A DNA stretch of 40,192 nt from positions 74,527,650 to 74,567,841 of the forward strand of contig NC_068987.1 of the NCBI RefSeq assembly GCF_001194135.2. Direction: 5' to 3'. The DNA is from Octopus bimaculoides. Its lineage: Eukaryota. This document shows positions 11,871 through 24,060 of the stretch, one piece after another. The notes beneath the pieces were generated by a model that had not been told where the DNA came from, ran no database searches, and saw only the letters and a list, made by a program, of their open reading frames with translations. The position numbers and the translations under genes are program-made. Numbering within the stretch: position 1 is the first letter of the stretch; each line of letters opens with the position of its first letter.

Positions 11871-12509
11871 AATCACATTTTTTTTCTTATTCATCCGTTG
11901 GCTTTCCGTCCATGATTATATCCCACCTTTTTTTTTTTTTTTTTTTTTTTCTTTTTTTCAAATAACTCATTTTTAAAGACGGTTAGACGTGATTTAGGCG
12001 AGAGTTAGTCGGTTGTTATATGTTCAAGCGATTCAATCGGCTGGGCACAGGTACCATCGCTGTTACTGCCGTTGTAAGCGATATTAATAGTGTTGATTCA
12101 GTATTTGCTCGAAACTCGACCCAACAACGACAAAAAGACAAGGGAGAGACGGAATCAGATCTCTATCATCCAACTCCAAAAATATCACCCCACAAAACAT
12201 ATAGGCAAAGGCAACAAAAGCCGAGCTTCATTAAATCTCACACTATGATTTTTTTTTAAAAGCAGTCTCTGTGGGGAGGAGTGCATTTAATGTAAACAGC
12301 GGAAACATTAGTGGGTGGTGTAAAACAGCAGTGTAGTGATATCCCAAACAACAGTAACAGTTAGCAACTATTATTTATACATTTCCCTATTTTACCATCC
12401 TTTGAAGCGTTGATCTGGATTAACAAAGATAATTTCAATTCGAGTTTCGTTTTCATTATTTTTGTGAAAATAAATTTCACAAACGAAAATGGAAATAATA
12501 ATAATAATA

Positions 12510-13002
12510 ATTTCTTTGTAATTTTAGGGCGGAGCCAGAAATTTTGAGGGTAGTACTTATCTATGTACCAGTATTTACAATGGTACTTACAAGTACCAGC
12601 ATAATCAAGGCCAGAACGCCAACCTTATTGTATCGACTACAAAAGTATGATAGGCAAAGTTAACCCCGGCAGAATTCGAATTTAAAACATAATGAGTCGA
12701 AAGAACTACGCTAGGTATTTTTGTCCGACGCTTTAACGACTCTACCAGCTCACCGCTTCGTTTTAAAAGTCGGAACAATTCTGACGCTCTACCGATTCTG
12801 CCAGCTCACCTCCCTAATAATTTCAAATTTTGGCAGCAGGCCAGTATTTTTAGACGAAGAGGTAAGACGATTACGTCGACCCCAGTATTCAACTGGTATT
12901 TATTTTGTCGACTCCGAAAAGGATGAAAGGTAAAGTCGACCTCGACAGCATTTGAACGTAAAAAGACGGAAGAAATGCCACTTAGTATTTTGTCCGGCGC
13001 AG
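12510..13002 (-). mobile_element. Tandem cluster of family A SINE copies (about 12510-12757, a head fragment at 12775-12812, and 12820-13002)
   Basis: Repeated gtcgac...ggatgaaaggtaaagtcgacctcg and ctgccagctcacc motifs. Confidence 0.75.
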
Positions 13003-13022
13003 TAAGGAAGGAAGGAAGAAAG

Positions 13023-13080
13023 GAACGAACGAACGAACGAACGAACGAACGAACGAACGAACGAACGAACGAACGAACGA
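13023..13080. repeat. (GAAC)n microsatellite, probably the tail of the adjacent RTE fragment
   Basis: Directly visible; it abuts the 3' end of the minus-strand RTE fragment. Confidence 0.9.
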
Positions 13081-13084
13081 AAGA

Positions 13085-13810
13085 ATGGTGGATGCTGCTA
13101 CAGTTCCTCGTCACAGTATTTTCTAGTGTTCCACCGAAGTTCTTCCTGTCTAATCCTTGATTTCATTGTTTCATCTTCATCTTCGTCGCCTGCGAGGTTT
13201 TCCAGGATCTCAACTTTAAAGGAGGCAGGAATAGAGTTTCTGGACCCGAAAAACGTCGGCAAAATATTGTAGTTTTGCTGTCTGACTATCAACACACATT
13301 CGTTCAACTTCTGTCTCCTCAAGGACTGAATTGTTCGTCTTACGGGGGTCATCCAGTGGATCTGCAACACTCTCCTGTAGCACATCATCTCAAACACCCT
13401 CAGCTGCATAACCTTTCTTTTCCCTTATAATGGCTACTGGCCAGAGTAAATCTTTAAGAAGCTTCAGTTTGATACTTTTGCTGAGGGCCCAATCTCTCCA
13501 AAATGTTCAGAATTACCACAGAGCTGATCCTCTTTTCTTAATCAGATTTCATGGCTGCAGTTCTCTCTTTGGACAACAATGAAGCTGAGTCACTCGAACT
13601 TCTCAACTGGAAAAAGATATGATTTGAATAAAATTTGGTTGAGATCGAGTGATCTCATAGGAGACGTAGCTCCTTAGCTTAAATGAATTCATTTGCATGT
13701 GTACCTTATGCGGCAGAAACGAATGCATCCCTCGTCGCCTTGTCTTCTCAGTTTTTTCCCTACAGATATGAACTTGCAGCTTTTCAGGCCAGGCATCAAT
13801 AATATCTGCC
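13085..13810 (-). mobile_element. RTE-clade LINE 3' fragment
   Basis: Post-RT motifs SKSIKLKLLKDLLWPVA and FEMMCYRRVLQIHW are typical of RTE/BovB-like ORFs; frameshifted. Confidence 0.8.
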
Positions 13811-13849
13811 ACATTTCTTTCAAAAATTGGATGGGGAGATGGATTCCAT

Positions 13850-14240
13850 TCTCCTGTTTTATTTTTTATGTCTTGATTTAGTTATTGGACAGTGGCCATG
13901 TTGGAGCACCACCTTGAAAGGTATTCCTCGAACAAATCAACCACAGTTCTTATTTCTTAAAGACTGGTACTTATTCAATCGTTTGCTTTTGCCGAACCGC
14001 TACGCAAACAATACCGATTGTCAAGCGTTGGAATGGCAGCACAAACACAAAAACTCACATACACAAAGGTATATAAATATATATATATGTGAATGGGTTC
14101 CGCACAGTTTCGGTCCACCAAATTCACTCAGAAGGCATTGGTCGGATTAGGACTATACTAGAAGACACTAACCCCAAGGTGTCTCACAATGGGACTGAAC
14201 TCGAACTCAAATGGTCGCAAAGCGAGCTTCTTTACAGCAC
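13850..14240 (-). mobile_element. Complete but diverged composite SINE (tail D 13850-14070, TA linker, head C 14090-14240)
   Basis: The module order is the same as in 7793-8110, 10101-11870 and 38471-38745. Confidence 0.8.
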
Positions 14241-14354
14241 TCCCCCCCCCCACGCCTCTGAATAACTTATTGAAAAAAAAACAAAAAAAAACGACAAAGG
14301 CAGGACAAAGAAAGGACGGAAATGTATAAATGCATTCAGTTGCATTTGTAAAGC

Positions 14355-14388
14355 ACCGGAAACGGAAGTGGGTGGCTGTGTGACGTAA
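14355..14388 (+). promoter_or_regulatory. Candidate ETS-ETS-CRE motif cluster
   Basis: ACCGGAAA (14355-14362), CGGAAGTG (14363-14370) and TGACGTAA (14381-14388) lie in non-repeat sequence. Motif match only. Confidence 0.3.
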
Positions 14389-14757
14389 TTAGAAAGAACC
14401 ACACACGAATATGTGTTATCACCATAACCCATGGGATGATATAGTTTTTCGTAGAGATTCCCAATACTGAAATTACTTCTTTCATTTCAACAGAGTCGCG
14501 TTAACAACTAAGTGTTGAAAACATTCTTATAACATAAGATTTACGACGATAAAGTCAACCGACGAGATGTGTGTGTGTGTGTGTGTGTATTTGTTTGTGT
14601 TTGCGTGTGTTGTGTGTGTGTATGTATCTGTGCGTGTGTGTGTGTGTGTGTGCTTGTGCATTTGTTTGTCTTTTTGTAAGTGTTTGTATGTTTATATATG
14701 TGTATGTACCCTGCGTATTTGCGTGCGTGTGTATATATGTGTGTGTGTGTGTGTGTG

Positions 14758-14794
<37 letters not shown>

Positions 14795-15389
14795 NNNNNN
14801 NNNNNNNNNNNNNNNNNNNNNNNNNNNNNNNNNNNNNNNNNNNNNNNNNNNNNNNNNNNNNNNNNNNNNNNNNNNNNNNNNNNNNNNNNNNNNNNNNNNN
14901 NNNNNNNNNNNNNNNNNNNNNNNNNNNNNNNNNNNNNNNNNNNNNNNNNNNNNNNNNNNNNNNNNNNNNNNNNNNNNNNNNNNNNNNNNNNNNNNNNNNN
15001 NNNNNNNNNNNNNNNNNNNNNNNNNNNNNNNNNNNNNNNNNNNNNNNNNNNNNNNNNNNNNNNNNNNNNNNNNNNNNNNNNNNNNNNNNNNNNNNNNNNN
15101 NNNNNNNNNNNNNNNNNNNNNNNNNNNNNNNNNNNNNNNNNNNNNNNNNNNNNNNNNNNNNNNNNNNNNNNNNNNNNNNNNNNNNNNNNNNNNNNNNNNN
15201 NNNNNNNNNNNNNNNNNNNNNNNNNNNNNNNNNNNNNNNNNNNNNNNNNNNNNNNNNNNNNNNNNNNNNNNNNNNNNNNNNNNNNNNNNNNNNNNNNNNN
15301 NNNNNNNNNNNNNNNNNNNNNNNNNNNNNNNNNNNNNNNNNNNNNNNNNNNNNNNNNNNNNNNNNNNNNNNNNNNNNNNNNNNNNNNNN

Positions 15390-15428
<39 letters not shown>

Positions 15429-15761
15429 TTGTGTGTCGTTAAGTGATTAAACGTGCGATCATATAAGTATAAACAAATGTGGGTTGTGCGTAGAAATTGT
15501 TGTTGTTGTGATATTTTCTGTAGCCTCAGGTCAGACCTTACTGTGTGTTTCAGCCGTGACCGTTCCATCTGCTTCAATGTAGGCTGTGATTTGCAGGAAA
15601 TTTAGCCGGTACTTCTAGCAAGCGAACCTCTTTAGCACCAAGGTCAAACTGTGAGTACATAAGAACCTGCGAGGGTGCGTCTGTACTGAATTTTCAGTTT
15701 TACACATTCACAGATATTCAACAGATTGCTGTTTAGGTTTCAAGGTTTATATATATGCATA

Positions 15762-15890
15762 GAAAAGAGACCGAGAGAATAAATACCAGGCTTTAAAAAA
15801 ATAAGTACTGGGGTCGATCCGTTCGACTAAAATTCTTCAAGGTGTTGCCCCAGTATGGTCGCAGTTTCATGACTGAAAGAAGTAAAAGGT
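15762..15890 (+). mobile_element. SINE tail D fragment
   Basis: agagaccgagagaataaataccaggc...ggggtcgatccgttcgactaaaattcttcaagg...gactgaaagaagtaaaag. Confidence 0.8.
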
Positions 15891-15927
15891 GACAGATATA
15901 TGTATGTATGTATGTATGTATGCATGT

Positions 15928-15969
<42 letters not shown>

Positions 15970-16032
15970 GGTGGATTCTCCTGCTGACATCGACCTATGA
16001 GGGTCTAACAGCCATTATGATAGCCATTAAAT

Positions 16033-16250
16033 AAGGCGGCGAGTTTGGCGGAATCTTTAGCATGCCGGGCATGCTTAGCGACATTTCGTCCGTCTTTACG
16101 TTCTGGGTTCAAATGTCACCGGGGTCGACTTTGCCTTTTATCCTTTCGATATCGATAAAACAAGTACCAGTTGAGCACAAGGGTCGATTTAATCGACTTA
16201 GCCCCCGCCCCCATAATTGCTAGCTTTGTGCCGAAATTTGAAACCAGTAT
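16033..16250 (+). mobile_element. SINE family A copy
   Basis: ggcggcgagtttggcggaatctttagcatgccggg...gttcaaatgtcaccggggtcgactttgcc...tttgtgccgaaatttgaaacc. Confidence 0.85.
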
Positions 16251-16275
16251 TATAGTCGTTAAATTAATCACATAG

Positions 16276-16932
16276 ATGATTTGTTTTTCAGAAGTTTTTG
16301 CTCGTGCAGGACCAGCCACACTTTTTGGGAAATGCTGATAGCAGAAGGTCAGCGCAAATCTTTGCCACAAACTTCTTGAACAATATACTTCAGGTTTTTC
16401 TATTAGAGTTTTCCATCTCTTGGATCAACTGCCTTCGCCACGGATTAGAGTCCAGCACATCTTGATTGGCGAGATGAGCATCTGGGTATCAAGCCAAAAA
16501 TTTCTAAGTCGTCGTACATATGCACACTCGCCCGCACACACACACAAACACATTAGTGTAGTGTAACTTAAACTATCCCAGATATATAACAGATGCATCA
16601 ATACAGTCAGTGAAGCCGTCGGCGCCACGCGATTCCAAAGGGTTTTACTAAATAATGGCAACTCACCCTCTTTCTCCAAACACATCAAAGAAAAAAACTC
16701 ACACTTCAAAAAATGGCATATACTTCCTGAAACTGCTACATTTTGATGATGGATCGAATGTTGCAAGCCACTGAGTCATGGAGACGGATTGAACATACAG
16801 ATGGTTTACGCTGGTTTTTCTACAGGGAAATTTCCGACTGGAAATCGACCAACAGATAGTTGCGAGGCGTGGATGCTGGCAAACTTCCCCATCAACAATA
16901 TGGATATGCGCATCAATGCCTATGTAAAGTAG
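16276..16932 (+). pseudogene. Stop-poor degenerate reading frame, possibly a DNA transposase relic (Academ-like)
   Basis: One frame covers 16342-16932 (197 codons) with only three internal stops (16564, 16744, 16747). There are weak ordered similarities to Academ motifs; the family assignment is unverified. Confidence 0.35.
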
Positions 16933-17183
16933 CAGATAGATTACAGTAAATATAGAAGTTCTATATGTCAATATAAGAAAACATTATTTACTGAGCTGTA
17001 AATAATGTTTCCTTACATTGATACGAGACAGTGACGTAGTTAAAGTTTGTACCACCCGGCGTAGTGGTTGAGTTTGCCACCATTCTCATAAATATCACAA
17101 TACAATGTACACATATAAACTCCTCAAATATGTCACCTTTGACGGACCACGCCTTTTTGACGCTCTGAGCACAAGGTCCCAAT

Positions 17184-17244
<61 letters not shown>

Positions 17245-17364
17245 GGAGGCAGCTTACGCGAACATCACTACAAAATTGATATTTATTTTCGTGGTCGTAG
17301 AACCCCACCCACTAAAGAAAAGGCAAAGTCTTCTACGGTGGGGTATTTTGAACACAAATGTAAA

Positions 17365-17530
17365 TAAGCAGACCTGTGGTCAAAGGCATCTAGACCAAGA
17401 CCATTCCCTCTTCTTTTAAGGCTCTGTGTATGCAGGGCTACACTATACATTATTCAGTCATAGGTTGGGATTTGAGGGAGATTTGACTGATATTTCTAGC
17501 AGGTCGAGTAACTATGTAGAGGCTCTATTT
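17365..17530 (+). repeat. Family E repeat with both modules
   Basis: cagacctgtggtcaaaggcatctagaccaagaccattcc...gatttgagggagatttgactgatatttctagcaggtcgag. Confidence 0.6.
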
Positions 17531-17610
17531 ATTAGTTCGTGAGTTAATAATAGTTTGCGTTGGGTTTTGGAATTGTTTGTGAGGTTATTTCACAGTTCCT
17601 GTAATTTCAT

Positions 17611-17658
17611 AGATGGTAAGTATTACAGATGGGAAGTATTACAGATGGGAAGTATTAC
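17611..17658. repeat. 16-bp tandem repeat, three copies
   Basis: agatgg(t/g)aagtattac repeated three times. Confidence 0.95.
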
Positions 17659-18129
17659 ATGGGGGAAAAGAATTTTGTAAAGAAATATAAAAGACAAGAT
17701 ACAAAAGATGTGAGAGGAAGAAGAACGACGTGTGGGTTGAATGAATAAGCATATAGCTAGCTCGAAGGATGAGAAACGATCGCCATTGTAGTAGTGATTG
17801 AAGACGTAGACAATAAAAAACAAAAAAAAAAAACAGTAGTTCTGTGAGAGTAAACTTGTTGTTTAGTCCTAGGTCAGCCCTGATTGTAGCAGACTTATGA
17901 TCAAGGGGGATTCAGCTCTGACTGCAGCAATGGCGACCGCAGCAAGGTATTTGTTTTGGGGCTGCAAACAGCCTGACTGCAGCTGACCCTCGGATATGGC
18001 CGGTATTCGCGAAGGATGTTGTGAACCCATTGGTTGGAGCCGGCTCAACCCAGCTCGTGTGAATGCCGCCGCAACTACCAATACTGAGTTTTTGTTTTCA
18101 CATACCGTCGTTTTATGAGATTTTCTATG

Positions 18130-18450
18130 CTATTGACCAAGTTATTGAAACAAGGAGATGCCAGTAGAGTAGATATCAAAGAAATTGAGAAAATTGTGAA
18201 ATATCATGACCAGAGAGATGAAACGATTGTGGAAGACAACGATGACAATTATTCCCCGCCATAACTGGTGCACTCAGCATTCAAACCGATACCCAAGAAG
18301 CTGAGATAAAGGATATTAGAATTGAGACATGTTCTGTCAACCTGCAGAAAAGAGTCAGCTTGTATTCTGCAAGAATCCTAAGAAAGATTCTCGAGATACG
18401 AGATCTGTTGTCACCATATCTCAGGATAACAACCTGGTTAATTAAACGAG
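18130..18450 (+). mobile_element. 3' fragment of an REL-endonuclease non-LTR element (R4/Dong-like)
   Basis: IKEIEKIVKYHD...EMKRLWKT...ITGALS...LQKRVSLYSARILRKILEI, frameshifted. Confidence 0.75.
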
Positions 18451-18689
18451 CATGTAATAGCTTTTGAATAGCAATAACAATTTATATCTTGTTTATTTAT
18501 TATTTATCCTGCCACTAAGTCTATGCAGTCATACAATTAAAATGCATACATTGTTTTTATGAAATATATGCAAACTAAATAAAGTTATATAAAAAAAAAG
18601 TGGGGGAGAGAAAAAAACGTTATACAATATATTGAGACACGCAAAATATGTGAGAAACCACCAACTAGGTTGGGTCAAATCACTCCGAT

Positions 18690-19600
18690 ATCTTTGACCG
18701 CCTACCACTTGTATAAGAAACTGATATTCAGGATGCCCTTGTCGGCTGCACGAGGCACAAGTCAACCGGTTTAGCTGGTCTGCCCTATGAACTTTATGTA
18801 AATATGCCAGACTTCTTCTCCGATCTCCTCGAAGCGCTCTTCTGCAACTGGCAACAGAACGGGAGTATTCCCAGTTCTGTGAGCCGGGGTGTAGTGACAC
18901 TGATAAGGAAAGACGAAGACAAGAGGGACAGATTAGATAACTTCTGGCCCATAACTCTGCTTAACACAGAGTTTAAGATCTTGGCTAAGGTATTAGCAAA
19001 GAGGTTGGCGCTTGTCGTCGAGGATTTGATTGGGGAGGAGCAAACTGGCGCATTATCGACTAAGTCCATACATGACAACCTCCACCTCATGCGATGCATT
19101 ATGGAATGGGTAGGGTGTAAAGCTGGCTTCGGTGGGGCGCTGATCAATTTAGCTCAATCGAAAGCATTCGATAGGGTCGATATCTAGAGGCTGCCCTCAA
19201 AACGGCTGGCTTCAGCCCCGTCTTCAGAGTTTAGATCGCTGCAATGCACAGCGTCATATTCTAGGTGGTCAAAGTTAATAGCCACCTCTCGGAACCGTTT
19301 CAGATCTCCCGATCGGTCCGTCAAGAGTACCCTCTCTCTTCCCTTCTGTACGCATTGACTCGAGCCTTTATTGCGGAAGCTGGAACTGCTGCAGGGCATA
19401 CCGCTCAAACCAGGACACAGAAGGGCTGTGTCGGTACATGCGGACGGCATCGCCGTGATGGTGTTGGACACCATAGAAATCGAGGTGGTCGGCACATCAT
19501 TGAAGTAATATGAAAAGTTGATGGGAGCAAAACTTAACCCGGGAAAGTCGGTGGGCTTATCATACGGGTAGTCATGGTGGGTATACTGGACTTCGTATAT
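18690..19600 (+). mobile_element. L1/Tx1-like LINE reverse transcriptase fragment
   Basis: KSTGLAGLPYE...WPITLLNTEFKILAKVLAKRL...EQTG...QSKAFDRVD...VRQEYPLSSLLY...HADG...GAKLNPGKS (track ORFs 18804-19187 and 19265-19513 plus shifts). Confidence 0.88.
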
Positions 19601-19846
19601 TTTACCCCGGTGTCACTTTGATGGCATGCACTACTCTGTCACTCAAAAATAGTAATAATCCTTTCTATTATAGGCACAAGACCTGAAACGTAATGGTTTT
19701 ATTCGTTGTGGTGCTTTAATGATTATAATGGTTGTCGGGCTACTGGGGTTATGATGGTGTAATGTTTGAACTGTAGTACTACAGTGGTTGCAGTGATGCA
19801 ATGTTTATAGCAGTGGTAGTAGCTGAAATGTTGTAATGGTTGCAGT

Positions 19847-20127
19847 GAAGGCGCGTGTACTAGTGGTTAGGATGTGGAATTCACGATCGTAACATAGAGG
19901 TTTCGATTCCAAGACCGGGCGGTGTGATGTGTTTTTGAGCATAGCACTTCATTTCACATTACTCAAGTCCACTCAGCTGTAAATGTGTTCCAATAACAAC
20001 TGGGAAGTTGACCCTGTGAAGGACTGGCGTCCCATTCAAGAGAGAGGGTCTGTAATCTCAGTCACTCATACGCCATGGAAATCGGGTTAAACTGGGGCAT
20101 TTTGAGTTCTTGGGCTCAGGACAGACT
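19847..20127 (+). mobile_element. tRNA-derived SINE (family B) with a 13-bp target-site duplication
   Basis: Head gaaggcgcgtgtactagtggttagg...gtttcgattccaagaccgggc. The direct repeat taatggttgcagt is at 19834-19846 and 20128-20140. Confidence 0.88.
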
Positions 20128-20149
20128 TAATGGTTGCAGTTGTGGTAGT

Positions 20150-20503
20150 TGTATATTGATTGTTATGGTGGTAGTCTGGAGATCATGATATAGTAGACAT
20201 TGTAGTGATAGTGATGGCGGCGGCGGTGGTGGTGGTGGTTGTAGCCTTTGGAATTGTGCTAGTGGGAATGGTGCTGTTAGACATAATGGTATTCAAAGTG
20301 GTGGTGGTGGTGGTGGTATGTGTGGTACAGGTGTTAGTGGTACTAGTAGTGATAATGTTAGGTGTTGCGGTAGGTGTGATGGTGGTGCTGGTGCGGGTGG
20401 TATGTGTGGTGGTGGTGGTGGTGGTGATAGTAGCAATCGTACTAGTGGGTGTAGTGCTGGTAGTGGTGTTAGTGGTGGCGGTGGTGATGGTAGTAGTAGT
20501 AGC

Positions 20504-20534
<31 letters not shown>

Positions 20535-20700
20535 ATAGTAGGGATGGGGGATGGTTTTGGTAATAGTGATGGTGGTGATGGTAGTGAGGGTAGTGATAGG
20601 GGTTGATAGTGATGGGTAATGTGGGTGTGATAGTGGTGGTGGTGGTGGTGGTGGTGGCGGTGGTGGTGCTGGTGGTGTTGGCAGAGGTGCTGTTGACAGT
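20150..20700. repeat. (GGT/GTA/GAT)n low-complexity trinucleotide array
   Basis: Directly visible; it produces the poly-Val/Gly/Ser ORFs in the track. Confidence 0.9.
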
Positions 20701-21104
20701 GGTGAAGGAAGCCTATGAAATCGTTGCGTAACGAGAGTAGCTCGGTGTCCCTTTACAGTTTTGTGCGAAACATCATGTACGCGCGTTGTTCAACAAGAGC
20801 ATCATTGTATGTAAGATACAGACATACAGTTTTAAAACTCCGTATCGCAACCCCTCCGTCAATCTTACACAACTGATCCCTTGGGCCCTGTCCCTGAGAA
20901 ATGTGGAATTCTTTATATATGTATTTATTTCTTTATTATATATTTATTATTATTTTTTTTTTTTGTTTATTTACCTTAAAACCAAAGGATTTCTGACATG
21001 CGTGTTAATAGTTTAAAATAACAATAGTTTGGCGAAGTTCTGTTCACAGCATTAGTCATAGCTTGCCTGTGTAGTGAGCCCCTGACACTGCACACAGTCA
21101 TATA

Positions 21105-21443
21105 AGCACACACACACACACACACATACACACACACACATGCACATACACATTATGCACATACACACACATGCACACACTAACACACGCCCTCTACACA
21201 CACACGCGCGTGCACACACATATACACATACATAGCCATAGACACAGGGCACCCTGTCACATGTAGAAGCGCGTACAGAGTCAAAGGCAGAGACAAACAC
21301 GCAGTTAGAGCACAGATACATATAGTCATGTAGACACACATTTATATAGCCACATACACATACATACACACAATCATAGGCACACATTGACCCATAAACA
21401 CTCACACATACACTCATGCACATACACGCATACAATGCTGTGA

Positions 21444-21498
<55 letters not shown>

Positions 21499-21745
21499 GG
21501 TGTGCATGTGCGTCTTGTCTCTGTATGATTGTGCTTGTGTGTACATGTGTAAGCTGTGCCCACGTTTCTGTGTGAGTGTGTGTGTGTGTCGGCTGTGGCT
21601 AGATCGCAGTATGTGTGAATGTGTGTGCCTGTGCGTGTGCGTATACGTGTGTTAGCGTATAATAGGCTGTGATCACGTTTCTGTGTGTGTGAATGTGTAT
21701 GCACATTTGTGCATGGGTAGAATGTGACCGCGTATCTGTGTGAGT

Positions 21746-21842
<97 letters not shown>

Positions 21843-21995
21843 GGAAGGAGAGAGAGAGAAAGAGAGAAAGAGAGAAAGAGAAAGAATGAGTAAGAGCGGA
21901 TGGTGAGTTCTTGTGAGGGGGTCTGGGTGTGTGAATATATGTCTAAAGAGAATTTGTGAGTTATTGTGTGGATGTATGTGTGAAGGAGAGAGTGG

Positions 21996-22035
<40 letters not shown>
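21105..22035. repeat. Compound microsatellite: CA-rich block, TG-rich block, GA-rich block
   Basis: Directly visible. Confidence 0.95.
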
Positions 22036-22038
<3 letters not shown>

Positions 22039-22967
22039 AACAACAGAGAATAAAAGCATGTGCATGTATATATTTCCATATAAATTGGTTCACAAATATT
22101 AAAGCTAACCTATATACACTAGTATACCCGTGCAGTAAAAAACTGCAGCATTTCTAAAGAATCAATGAAATAAATGCATCGATATTACATACACGAGGTA
22201 CTTTAACGTCGTAGCTATTACAAGAGAGACAATCATTTCGTCACAATAGTGGAATTTGAAATGGAAATTGAGAAATAATAAGGAAAACTATGTATAACAT
22301 TCACGTATTTTTTTTTTATTTAACGCAAAGTTCTTAAAAATTCCTCATCATTGGTAATCATGTATAGCACTATTTCATTCTTATTAGAAACTATCAGCAC
22401 GACATAACTCGTAATATTTTACTTAAGCATTTTATGATGTGAAATATTTCATTAAAGACTGAAATAACTACGGACCAAAGGAAATTCGTGGAATGTGTTT
22501 TTCCCCCCTCCTTCTTTCTTTCATAGAATGTTATAGGTTAGGAGCCAAGAGAAAAGAGTGAAAGTTGTGCTTACATATCGAATGATAACTGTTTCCAGAG
22601 AATTCTATTTTGTGAAAATATCTTAAAGTAGCGAATAATTTTTGTTCAGTATTTGTTACAAACAACTTCACATGCCATTTTACGATATGTTCTCTGAGGT
22701 GTGGACATTTGTTTCAAGTTCCTATGTAATGTTTTGTATGTGGAGTAAAACAGGCATCTAGTGATAAACACACATGCCTTGACTGTTGTCAATAGTTTAA
22801 AAGGAATTTTCACGGGAGCTCAGTCAGAACTTTTCAAATTCCAGTGATTTCCTAACGGAAATTGAAATTAAGGCATCTCAAAATAACATGTATTCCACAT
22901 ATTTGATATAAAGTTATTTCAAAATATTCTATATTGCCAGATTAGCTTCTAAGCAAAGCTCACTTAC

Positions 22968-23102
22968 CAAAGCAATATATTTTATAGATAATCAAGGTAG
23001 CTTGCATTTTATACACATTTAGTAGAAATATGTTCATGACAAATCCTATGTATAAAGCTGTTATGGCGTAATACATACATAACAGTGTACAATTTTCATT
23101 CA
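22968..23102 (-). other. Candidate 135-nt exon (hydrophobic open frame, phase 1-1)
   Basis: The donor TTG|GTAAGT is perfect but the acceptor atatatgcag is weak. The frame NENCTLLCMYYAITALYIGFVMNIFLLNVYKMQATLIIYKIYCF is open. No homology recognised. Confidence 0.25.
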
Positions 23103-23436
23103 CTGCATATATTTCCGATGGTTTATATAAATGAGTATCAGTATAAAATATGTTCAAATTTACATCTACTGCAATATAGATTATTTGCTATGCATCAATA
23201 TAATATACATTTTAAACACTGCACACACACACGCGCGCGCGCATGTGCACACACATTACTTTACTTCCTGTGATTCTGTGTATGTGCTTATACATGTGAC
23301 AGGGTGTCTATGTCTATATCTATGTATGCGTGTATGTGTGCGCACGTGTGTGTGTAGAGGTGTGTGTTAGTGTGTGCATGTGTGTATGTCCATGTGTGTA
23401 TGTGCAGCTGTGTGTGTATGTGTGTGTGTGTGCGTG

Positions 23437-23475
<39 letters not shown>

Positions 23476-23484
23476 ATATTTCTA

Positions 23485-23645
23485 TATTCTTTTCTGCTCT
23501 AGGCACAAGAGCCGAAATTTTTGGGGAGGGGACTAGTCGATTAGATCGACCCCACTACTCAACTGGTTCTTAATTTATCGGCCCCGAAAGGATGAAAGGC
23601 AAAGTTGACCCCGGCGGAAGAAATACCGCTAAGCATTTTGCCCGG
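23485..23645 (-). mobile_element. SINE family A copy with an internal deletion, running into a gap
   Basis: ttcttttctgctctaggcacaag...gaaaggatgaaaggcaaagttgaccccggcggaa|gaaataccgctaagcattttgcccgg. Confidence 0.85.
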
Positions 23646-24012
23646 NNNNNNNNNNNNNNNNNNNNNNNNNNNNNNNNNNNNNNNNNNNNNNNNNNNNNNN
23701 NNNNNNNNNNNNNNNNNNNNNNNNNNNNNNNNNNNNNNNNNNNNNNNNNNNNNNNNNNNNNNNNNNNNNNNNNNNNNNNNNNNNNNNNNNNNNNNNNNNN
23801 NNNNNNNNNNNNNNNNNNNNNNNNNNNNNNNNNNNNNNNNNNNNNNNNNNNNNNNNNNNNNNNNNNNNNNNNNNNNNNNNNNNAGGTTCGGTGATTGTGT
23901 GAATGAGGAGTCCAACGTAGGTCATATATCAGCATGCGTATATATAAAAAATTAACAGAATGAGATAAAAATCCAAGGCTGTGAAAGATTTCAGAACATT
24001 TATAAATAGAAG

Positions 24013-24060
24013 GTCTTACAGCTGTTTCTGGGATATTTTATATATCCCTTTATCGGGGAC
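24013..24060 (-). ncRNA. Degenerate type I hammerhead ribozyme motif
   Basis: Minus strand GTCC-CCGATAA-A-GGGATAT-ataaa-ATATCCC-A-GAAA-CAGCTG-TA-AGAC. The core differs from CUGAUGA at two positions, helix II is 7 bp, helix III is the palindrome ACAGCTGT, and helix I pairs at 3/4. Confidence 0.55.

Noticed and set aside
16699-16971. IDAHIH amidohydrolase-like motif or signal peptide in a 90-aa minus-strand ORF
   Set aside because: It is an isolated 6-residue match with no downstream family motifs, and the region is better explained by the longer overlapping frames.
20759-20810. Plus-strand 52-nt segment bounded by ctttacag and gtaaga
   Set aside because: The pyrimidine tract is short, there is no partner exon, and no recognisable peptide.
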